From: Bacteroidia bacterium | Lineage (GTDB): Bacteria > Bacteroidota > Bacteroidia > NS11-12g > UBA9320 | Length of the DNA stretch: 64,000 nucleotides | Direction: 5' to 3' | NCBI GenBank assembly: GCA_049115575.1 | Contig: JAGDZU010000004.1 | Location: forward strand, 252,294 to 316,293 | In this document: piece after piece, positions 30,599 through 38,349 of the stretch | How the letters are laid out: each line of letters starts with the position of its first letter | Numbering within the stretch: the first letter of the stretch is position 1 | Position numbers and translations under genes: made by a program | Notes under the pieces: generated by a model | What the model was told of the DNA's origin: nothing | The model's input: the letters and a program-made list of their open reading frames with translations, nothing else | The model's database searches: none

Positions 30599-32092
30599 TT
30601 AAGCTTTTTTGAGCCGGAATCTAATCAATTGCTTATCTATAAATTCATTGAACTCTAAAGAGAATTTGAACCAATAGCACAAGACAAAATAGATGAGACC
30701 AAAACTGCTTGAATACAACAATATATTCACTATAGTGTTAGGTGTTCTTGGCAGAACAGCCCAGATAAAGAACAATAGCCCAGCCAGCACAATATTGTAC
30801 AAGTTCTTCATCCTGAATGGCTGCATATTGAAAGCTCGTTTTATATATATGAGTTTTAGAATATTGTAAACCAAAATAGAGGCTATGGTGGCCATACTGC
30901 TTCCTTCTATGCCGTAGCGCGGAATGAGTATGAGGTTTAAGCCAATATTTAATACTACAGCAACAGATAAAAAACCCAACAGATATGGATATTTCTTAGA
31001 CATAGACAATATCTGATTGTTTACCCCTGAAGCCATATCTATTATTTTGGCTACACAGAGCATCCAAACCACGTTAATGCCCAAACGGTATTCATCTCCT
31101 CTAGGCATTAGATCAAATACATCTTTAATAATGAGCCAAAATGCGAGAAATATTCCCAGGGAAACTAACACCGATACAGCTGAAGATTGTTTGTAAATCC
31201 TTTTAATTCCCTCCTGATCGTTGTCTTTCCAATACTGCGAAATGATAGGTACTGAGATAGTGCTTATTAAAGTAAAAGGAACCGCAATGGCATTCGCAAT
31301 AAAAAGACTCCAGGCATACAGCCCGTTTTGATATGTTCCTACCATAGTGGTCACCATCAAGATGTCAATTTGATTTGCCAATGCTCCTCCAATGCCGCTT
31401 AGTACACTAAATCCTGCAAAAGCCACCATGGGTTTAAAATTTGGGTCTGCTTTTAAACTCGACCATGAAAACTTTGGCCTGAACTTATCTTGTGAGTTCA
31501 TGTAGTACAAAAACACAAGCGCAAGTACCAGATGATAAGCAAAGAGCAAAACAATAAGCTGATCAAACTTTATATAATCATAAAAGTAGGCTACGACGAA
31601 AGCGGGCAATGCAAACTTCAATAGCTGAATCAACAGCGAAGGGATTGCAATTCTTCCCTGTATAGCTGCATAGTTTCTTGCCAACCTCACATAGGGCAAA
31701 ATAGCCGCTATTCCAATGAGCACATAAACGGAAATGCGTGAAACACCCGATTTGCTTTCATAATAGTCAGCTATCCTAGCCTTGAAAAGTAAAAATATGG
31801 CAAGAAATACAAGGATATTCAATGTAACTGTGAGGTAAACCAAGCCATAGAATCGCTGTTTTGAAGCTTGATTATCTTTATACTGTGGATAGTATCTGGT
31901 TAGCACATAGCCAAATCCAAATACCAGAAATGGGGTAAAAAAAGTAGCCGTCTGCAGAACAAATTGTACCTCACCATACTGTTCTACGGTAAGCATATAG
32001 GGATAAATGAACAAATTGTTCAACACTCCCATCCCCAATCCTATATAGGTAGCAATTGCCGCTTTAAAGCTTTGCCTAGCCACTAATCCCAT
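30599..32092 (-). CDS. Polysaccharide biosynthesis protein / oligosaccharide flippase (MOP superfamily, Wzx-like)
   Basis: It has about 12-14 TM helices and is 497 aa. It is divergent from the glycoconjugate operon. Confidence 0.7.
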   Translation of the reverse strand: MGLVARQSFKAAIATYIGLGMGVLNNLFIYPYMLTVEQYGEVQFVLQTATFFTPFLVFGFGYVLTRYYPQYKDNQASKQRFYGLVYLTVTLNILVFLAIFLLFKARIADYYESKSGVSRISVYVLIGIAAILPYVRLARNYAAIQGRIAIPSLLIQLLKFALPAFVVAYFYDYIKFDQLIVLLFAYHLVLALVFLYYMNSQDKFRPKFSWSSLKADPNFKPMVAFAGFSVLSGIGGALANQIDILMVTTMVGTYQNGLYAWSLFIANAIAVPFTLISTISVPIISQYWKDNDQEGIKRIYKQSSAVSVLVSLGIFLAFWLIIKDVFDLMPRGDEYRLGINVVWMLCVAKIIDMASGVNNQILSMSKKYPYLLGFLSVAVVLNIGLNLILIPRYGIEGSSMATIASILVYNILKLIYIKRAFNMQPFRMKNLYNIVLAGLLFFIWAVLPRTPNTIVNILLYSSSFGLIYFVLCYWFKFSLEFNEFIDKQLIRFRLKKA

Positions 32093-32185
32093 TCCTACAA
32101 AAAAACGCAGGAAATCAATACCTTATTGGATTAGTTATCCAATAATACAAGCCTTATGTCTAAGCCTCCAATCTGCCAAAATGTT

Positions 32186-32193
32186 TACATTTG
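32186..32193 (+). promoter_or_regulatory. Candidate Bacteroidota sigma-A -7 element (TAcaTTTG) upstream of the sqdB-like operon
   Basis: It matches TAnnTTTG and sits about 20 bp upstream of the preferred ATG at 32214. Confidence 0.25.
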
Positions 32194-32213
32194 TACATCA
32201 TAAAAAGAAATAC

Positions 32214-33404
32214 ATGAAAATACTAATATTAGGAGGTGATGGATTCTGTGGATGGCCTACTGCATTGCATCTTTCTCAAAACGGATATGAGGTGGTAATT
32301 ATCGATAATTTATCGCGTAGAAACATTGATAATGAGCTTGGAATACAGTCTTTAACTCCTATTGCAACTATACAAGACAGGTTAGAAGCTTGGGAAGAAG
32401 TGAGCGGAAAAAAAATCAAGTTTTACAATTTTGATATTGCTTTGGAATATGACCGCTTAGTGGATGTGCTTCTAAAGGAAAAACCAGATAGTTTAGTTCA
32501 TTTCGCTGAGCAAAGAGCGGCTCCATATTCTATGAAGTCTAGCTGGCATAAGCGCTATACTGTGAATAACAATATAAATGCTACCAACAATGTACTCTGT
32601 GCCGTTCTTGACTCTGAATTAGATATTCATATTGTTCATCTTGGGACTATGGGTGTATACGGCTACAGTAGCACTGGAGCAAAAATTCCAGAAGGATACC
32701 TAGATATTTTCTTTAAAGATGATACTGGAAAGACTCACGAAAGCGAGATTCTTTATCCTGCAAATCCTGGGAGTGTTTACCATACCACTAAAACATTAGA
32801 TCAACTCTTATTTTATTACTACAATAAGAATGACAAGATTAGAGTTACAGACCTTCACCAAGGTATAGTTTGGGGAACCAATACGGAAGAAACCAAAATA
32901 GACGAACGTCTTATTAATCGTTTTGACTACGATGGTGACTACGGCACTGTGTTGAATAGGTTCTTAATGCAAGCAGCTATTGGTTATCCGCTAACTGTAT
33001 ATGGAACAGGAGGGCAAACAAGAGCTTTTATTCATATACAAGATACAGTTAAATGTGTTAGAATTGCTATTGAAAATCCACCTGAAAAAGGAGAGAGAGT
33101 TAAGATATTCAATCAAACCACTGAAACACATAAGGTAATTGACTTAGCTAATAAGATTAATGAAATCACCGGTGTTGAAATCAAGACTATTGAAAATCCG
33201 AGAAACGAGGCTATCGAAAACGATTTAATAGTTGAAAATAAGAACTTTCTTGGTTTAGGTCTTAATCCAATCAAGCTTTCAGAAGGTCTATTGGAAGAAG
33301 TCACAGCAATTGCTAAGAAATACGCAGACCGCTGCGATCCAAAATATATTGCACCTCGATCTTTTTGGGTAAAAAAGAACAAGGAGTATGCCTCAAAGGG
33401 ATAA
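32214..33404 (+). CDS. sqdB: UDP-sulfoquinovose synthase-like NAD-dependent epimerase/dehydratase (SQD1/SqdB/Agl3 family)
   Basis: The N-terminal Rossmann segment ILILGGDGFCGWPTALHLSQNGYEVVIIDNLSRR and the downstream ...LGIQSLTPIATIQDRL are close to plant/cyanobacterial SQD1. A YHTTK (Y-H-x2-K) catalytic motif is present, and the His after the Tyr is SQD1-specific. Length and domain order match. Confidence 0.75.
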   Translation: MKILILGGDGFCGWPTALHLSQNGYEVVIIDNLSRRNIDNELGIQSLTPIATIQDRLEAWEEVSGKKIKFYNFDIALEYDRLVDVLLKEKPDSLVHFAEQRAAPYSMKSSWHKRYTVNNNINATNNVLCAVLDSELDIHIVHLGTMGVYGYSSTGAKIPEGYLDIFFKDDTGKTHESEILYPANPGSVYHTTKTLDQLLFYYYNKNDKIRVTDLHQGIVWGTNTEETKIDERLINRFDYDGDYGTVLNRFLMQAAIGYPLTVYGTGGQTRAFIHIQDTVKCVRIAIENPPEKGERVKIFNQTTETHKVIDLANKINEITGVEIKTIENPRNEAIENDLIVENKNFLGLGLNPIKLSEGLLEEVTAIAKKYADRCDPKYIAPRSFWVKKNKEYASKG

Positions 33405-34410
33405 ACCCTTAGTAAGTATAATTGGATCTGTTTACAATGGGGAACAGCATCTAGCTGAAACCCTTGAAAGTCTCAGAGCACAAGACTACTCAAATTTTGA
33501 AGTCATTATTGTAAATGACGCTTCTACAGATGACAGCCTATCTATCATAGAGAGCTATTGCCTAGAAGATGAGCGATTTAGGTTCATAACCAATACCAAC
33601 AACGAAGGTCCAGCAGCCAAAAACAAAGCTATAGAAGCAGCTAAAGGAGAGTTCATTGCCGTTTTCGATGCGGATGATATCTATGCCAAAAGTCGTATAA
33701 GTGAGCAAGTTAAGTTTATGGAAAAGAGACCTGAGCTACTTGCCAGCTCTTGTCAAGCCATCAAATTTGAAGGACAGCAAGGTCTTTTGTGGAATTACCT
33801 TTCACCCTCCTTGCTAAAAGCCTTTGCCTTTATCAATATGCCGCTTGTTCACCCCTCCATTATTTATAGGGCAAGCGTATTCAAAGAATTGAACTTGAGA
33901 TATGATGCACCTATTCGCTTTGTTCAAGATTATGATTTGGTTTTCAGATTATCTCAGCAAGGAGCTATAGCAAATCAGGCTAAGGTACTCATGCTATACA
34001 GAAGACATGACACTCAAGTCACTTCAGGGGAAAAAATGTCTTATGTTCAAAGGGCATATGATCATCTATATCAACTAAAATCAAGGCAATTAGGACAACT
34101 CATAAACGATTTGAACAAAAAACAAATCGATTTGTTTATCGCATTCTGTTTCAATGACTTAGAAAGTGTAGACATAACAGAAATGGAAAATTTTCTGCTT
34201 AAAATAGTAAGGGCTTATCCAGATTCTAACAGTATGGGCAAAGTGGTAGCTCAGCACCGTTTGCATCAACTTAAAAAAAGTGGAATAGCTCATCTGTTTA
34301 AACACAGCATGAATAGTCCAATTTTAAGTTTAAGAGATGTATTTGCCTACCTGAATAAGGAGGTGATGAAAAAGCTATTTATGCACACTAAAGCCAAACG
34401 CTATATTTAA
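33388..34410 (+). CDS. Family 2 glycosyltransferase
   Basis: The GT-A N-terminus is VSIIGSVYNGEQHL...VIIVNDASTDDS, with a DAD motif at FDADD. Confidence 0.75.
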   Translation: MPQRDKPLVSIIGSVYNGEQHLAETLESLRAQDYSNFEVIIVNDASTDDSLSIIESYCLEDERFRFITNTNNEGPAAKNKAIEAAKGEFIAVFDADDIYAKSRISEQVKFMEKRPELLASSCQAIKFEGQQGLLWNYLSPSLLKAFAFINMPLVHPSIIYRASVFKELNLRYDAPIRFVQDYDLVFRLSQQGAIANQAKVLMLYRRHDTQVTSGEKMSYVQRAYDHLYQLKSRQLGQLINDLNKKQIDLFIAFCFNDLESVDITEMENFLLKIVRAYPDSNSMGKVVAQHRLHQLKKSGIAHLFKHSMNSPILSLRDVFAYLNKEVMKKLFMHTKAKRYI

Positions 34411-34452
34411 GCTTGATAATTCTCCTTATTTATTGAGCCTCAGTAGATAAAT

Positions 34453-35349
34453 TTGCATGTGCCTAAAGTTTTAAGCATTGCCATTTGCACCTACAACAGA
34501 CCTGAGCTGCTTCAGCACTGTCTGGATGCTATTTACCCGCAGCTAACAGATGAGGTGGAGCTAATTGTGGTTGACAATGGAACCACTAAAGTTGAAGAAC
34601 TGTGTAATGCATTTGAAAATCTCACTTACGTCACAGAAGACCATACTGGTTTATCATTTGCTAGAAATACTGCAATCCGCCAAAGCTCAGGACAATACTT
34701 ACTATACCTAGATGATGATGCCAAAGCTGATTCAAACTTTGTACAGATTGCACTTGATAGTTGCAAAACGGGCTACAAAGTCTTTGGAGGAGTCTATCTC
34801 CCTTGGTATCACTACGGTCAACCAAAATGGTTTAAAGATGAATATGCTTCCAATAGAATGAAATATACTAGCACAACTGCGCTGAGTAAGGGCGAATACT
34901 TGAGTGGTGGTGTCATGTGCATTAAGAAAGAAATTTTTAAACAAATTGGAGAATTCAAAACAGATATAGGTATGCGCGGTAGCATAGTTGGCTATGGAGA
35001 AGAATCCGAATTGCAAGATAGGATGAGGGCACAGAACATAAAACTAATATATGAGCCTACATTGCTCATTTCACATGTTGTTGCACCTTATAAACTTGAA
35101 GTTAAGTGGTTTCTTGATTCAGCCTTTAATAGAGGTATTGATATGGCCAAATACAGAAAGGGTGATCCTACTTGGGCTATAATTAGAGAATCAATGATTG
35201 CGTTTACTCTTTTATGTAAGGATGCCTTAGTGAATGGCATTAAATACTTACTCAACAAAAGTTACTACAAAGAGAATTGGCACATAGATACATACCGAAA
35301 GTTTTACAAGCGAAAGGGATATATTTACCAGATAATAAATGATCAGTAA
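34453..35349 (+). CDS. Family 2 glycosyltransferase
   Basis: The GT-A N-terminus is LSIAICTYNRPELL...LIVVDNGT, with a DxD at LDDDA. Confidence 0.75.
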   Translation: MHVPKVLSIAICTYNRPELLQHCLDAIYPQLTDEVELIVVDNGTTKVEELCNAFENLTYVTEDHTGLSFARNTAIRQSSGQYLLYLDDDAKADSNFVQIALDSCKTGYKVFGGVYLPWYHYGQPKWFKDEYASNRMKYTSTTALSKGEYLSGGVMCIKKEIFKQIGEFKTDIGMRGSIVGYGEESELQDRMRAQNIKLIYEPTLLISHVVAPYKLEVKWFLDSAFNRGIDMAKYRKGDPTWAIIRESMIAFTLLCKDALVNGIKYLLNKSYYKENWHIDTYRKFYKRKGYIYQIINDQ

Positions 35350-35974
35350 TAAACAGACCATACTCATATTAGCTCCTCATACAGATGATGGAGAATTTGG
35401 TTGCGGAGCGTCAATTCACAAATGGATAACAGAGGGTAAAACCGTCTATTACGCCACATTTTCTGCATGCAAACAATCTGTGCTTCCTCAGTTTCCTGAA
35501 GATATATTAATCACTGAAGTCAAAGCTGCAACTGCGGAACTTGGTTTACCGCAGGAGAATTTAATCCTCTATGATTATGCGGTAAGAACTTTTAATTATC
35601 ACAGGCAAGCAATACTTGATGACTTAATAAAACTCCGAGAACAGATTAAACCAGACCTAGTTTTAATGCCGTCTCCGAATGATATTCACCAAGACCATAA
35701 GACGATTATGGAGGAAGGGCTTCGTGCCTTTAAATTCACCAGTATTCTCTGCTATGAGATGCCTTGGAATAATCTAAATTTCAATACTAGCTGCTTTAGT
35801 ATATTGGATGAGGAACATGTGGAAGTTAAACTAAATGCACTTCGCAAATATGAATCACAGGCACACAGACCTTATGCAGACGAAACATTTATCAAAGGTT
35901 TGGCAAGAGCAAGGGGTGTGCAGATTAATTCACATTATGCAGAAGTCTTTGAGGTCTTGAGATGGATCATCTAA
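35339..35974 (+). CDS. PIG-L/LmbE-family N-acetylglucosaminyl deacetylase
   Basis: The zinc-binding signature is AHTDDGEFGCG ... HQDH. It is about 210 aa and overlaps its neighbours on both sides. Confidence 0.75.
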   Translation: MISNKQTILILAPHTDDGEFGCGASIHKWITEGKTVYYATFSACKQSVLPQFPEDILITEVKAATAELGLPQENLILYDYAVRTFNYHRQAILDDLIKLREQIKPDLVLMPSPNDIHQDHKTIMEEGLRAFKFTSILCYEMPWNNLNFNTSCFSILDEEHVEVKLNALRKYESQAHRPYADETFIKGLARARGVQINSHYAEVFEVLRWII

Positions 35975-37002
35975 AGAACACTCATATCTTAGTTACTGGA
36001 GGTGGAGCACCTGGAGCAGTAGGCATTATTAAAGCCCTTAATCGAGCTGGTTATCACAATATCAGTTGCTCAGATGTAAACAAAAAAGTAGCGGGAAGCA
36101 TACTTGCCAATGATTCTTTTCAATTGCCATATGGTACTGATCCAGATTACACAGACATATTATTAAAAGAATGTAAGACAAGAGACATAGATCTTATTTT
36201 ACCTATCACAACCAAAGAGCTTTTGGCGGTGAGTCGCATAAAAAGTAAACTGGCAGATGTAGGTTGTAATACAGTGGTAAGCCCAATTGAAAGCCTGAAA
36301 ATATCAAACGATAAAGGAGCTCTATACACCCATCTAAAAGATTCAGGAATAACAGTACCCAAACACCGAATAGTTCAAAATATTGAGGAGTTTGAAAATG
36401 CGCTTGAAGCATTTGATCAAGGAGAAGCCTTTACATTCAAACCTTGTGTATCTAATGGAAGCAGAGGATTTAGAATTATTGACCCATCAATAGATGAATT
36501 TGATTTATGGTTGAATCAGAAGCCCAACAATGCATATGTTACTAAGGAAGAAGCTCTATCCATCCTTAAAAAGGGGCCTATGCCTCCACTGCTTTTTAGC
36601 GAATATCTAGAGGGCGAAGAATACTCCGTTGATTGTTTAATTCACAAGGGTGAGATAAAACTGATTATACCTCGAAAACGAATCAATATAAATAATGGAA
36701 TTAGTGTAGAAGGGCTCATTGAAAACAACAAAACAGTAATCGATTACTGCACACAAATTCTAGAAAGCCTTGAGTTAGATGGGCCGATAGGAATTCAAGT
36801 GAAGTACAAAGGAAACCAACCCTTGATTTTGGAGATTAATCCAAGATTACAAGGAAGTTCCACTTCTTGCATAGGAGCGGGAATTAATTTACCACAATTA
36901 GCTATAGAAAATGCTTTAGGAAAACAGCCTAATAAAACTCAAAACGATATAAAATGGGGCACTCATTTTGTTCGTCATTATGAAGAGATCTACTATAAAT
37001 GA
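35962..37002 (+). CDS. ATP-grasp-domain ligase (CPSase-L/PylC-like amide-bond-forming enzyme)
   Basis: It has an N-terminal Rossmann-like pre-ATP-grasp segment (ILVTGGGAPGAVGIIKAL) and a central ATP-grasp fold ending in an ...EINPRLQGS-type motif. Confidence 0.7.
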   Translation: MDHLKNTHILVTGGGAPGAVGIIKALNRAGYHNISCSDVNKKVAGSILANDSFQLPYGTDPDYTDILLKECKTRDIDLILPITTKELLAVSRIKSKLADVGCNTVVSPIESLKISNDKGALYTHLKDSGITVPKHRIVQNIEEFENALEAFDQGEAFTFKPCVSNGSRGFRIIDPSIDEFDLWLNQKPNNAYVTKEEALSILKKGPMPPLLFSEYLEGEEYSVDCLIHKGEIKLIIPRKRININNGISVEGLIENNKTVIDYCTQILESLELDGPIGIQVKYKGNQPLILEINPRLQGSSTSCIGAGINLPQLAIENALGKQPNKTQNDIKWGTHFVRHYEEIYYK

Positions 37003-38279
37003 AGAAATTACTCATCATATGCTATTATTGGCCTCCAAGTGGAGGAGCGGGGGTTCAGCGCTGGCTGAAACTCAGTGATTATATAGCTAAAGCGGGAGTT
37101 GAAGTCTTTATCATTCACCCAAAAAGTAGCAAAGCCAGTTACTTGACTCTTGATGAGAGTTTGGTTCATGAAATCAATCCCAATATTCATACTATGGAAA
37201 CCAATTCCTTTGAACCTTTGAATTGGTATAAAAGAATAGTAGGTAAGAAAAATGTACCAACGGCAGGAATGTCTAATGTAAATCCCAAAAGCAAATTACA
37301 GTCACTTGCTTTGAGGTTAAGAAGCACCTTGTTCATTCCAGATCCAAGGAAGTATTGGTTAAAACATGCCTATAAAGCAGCTGTGGAACTCATCAGCAAG
37401 CATGAGATTTCACATGTTATCACCTCTTCCCCACCTCATTCTGCTCAACTCATTGGCTTGCGCTTAAGACAAAATCTAAACATACATTGGATTGCCGATC
37501 TTCGCGATTTATGGACTGGCATCTACTACTACGACCTGCTTCAGCACACAACAAGATCAAGAGCTAAAGATGCAAAACTGGAATTAGAAGTATTGCAGAG
37601 AGCAGACCATATTACCACAGTGAGCCCTTTGTTTAAAGATGAATTTAAGCAAATCGCTCAATGTGATTCTTCTAAAATTAGTGTGATTCCAAATGGGTTC
37701 GACCCCAAGGATTTCAACTCATTTAATTACCTTAAAGAGGTTGAATTCACTATAACCTATACAGGTAGTATCAGTTCACAATACAATATTTCTCCATTCA
37801 TAGAGGCCTTAAAGAGTTTCAATGAAGCAGGTAAAAATTTCAAATTGAGATTTGTTGGCTCCGTAGACCCTGGCATAAAGGAGCGTTTTGCTAAGGAAGG
37901 GATGTCAACATCTGTTGAGTTTACAGGCTATGTTCAGCACGATGAGTCCATTTCTTACTTAGAAGATTCTTATGCATTACTCCTAATTGGCCCGTTGAAT
38001 GAAGATCAAAACGAAGGCAGTGTTCCTGCCAAGCTTTTTGAATATCTCGCTGCCAAGAGACATATCATTTATATAGGTAAAACAGATGGATTTGTAGCTC
38101 AAATACTTCGCGATTGTGCAGCGGGTAGCACATTTGAAAACGCAAAGGATTTACTGCTTCACTTACAGGAATTGTCTTCTAAACATGAAGCAAATAACAA
38201 TCCTCAGATTGAATCAAAAGGGATAGATACTTATTCCAGAATAAATCAGGCCGAAGAGTTCCTCAAATTATTAGCTTAA
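36999..38279 (+). CDS. Glycosyltransferase (GT-B fold, GT4-like)
   Basis: It has an N-terminal GT-B acceptor domain with the WPPSGGAGVQ motif and a C-terminal donor-binding domain with the E..E motif. It overlaps the ATP-grasp stop. Confidence 0.55.
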   Translation: MKKLLIICYYWPPSGGAGVQRWLKLSDYIAKAGVEVFIIHPKSSKASYLTLDESLVHEINPNIHTMETNSFEPLNWYKRIVGKKNVPTAGMSNVNPKSKLQSLALRLRSTLFIPDPRKYWLKHAYKAAVELISKHEISHVITSSPPHSAQLIGLRLRQNLNIHWIADLRDLWTGIYYYDLLQHTTRSRAKDAKLELEVLQRADHITTVSPLFKDEFKQIAQCDSSKISVIPNGFDPKDFNSFNYLKEVEFTITYTGSISSQYNISPFIEALKSFNEAGKNFKLRFVGSVDPGIKERFAKEGMSTSVEFTGYVQHDESISYLEDSYALLLIGPLNEDQNEGSVPAKLFEYLAAKRHIIYIGKTDGFVAQILRDCAAGSTFENAKDLLLHLQELSSKHEANNNPQIESKGIDTYSRINQAEEFLKLLA

Positions 38280-38349
38280 TCCAAGCTCACTTTATGCCTA
38301 AAACAAGCGGTAATTTCATATTATTGAAAGCCAATAGCGTTTCAAATTC

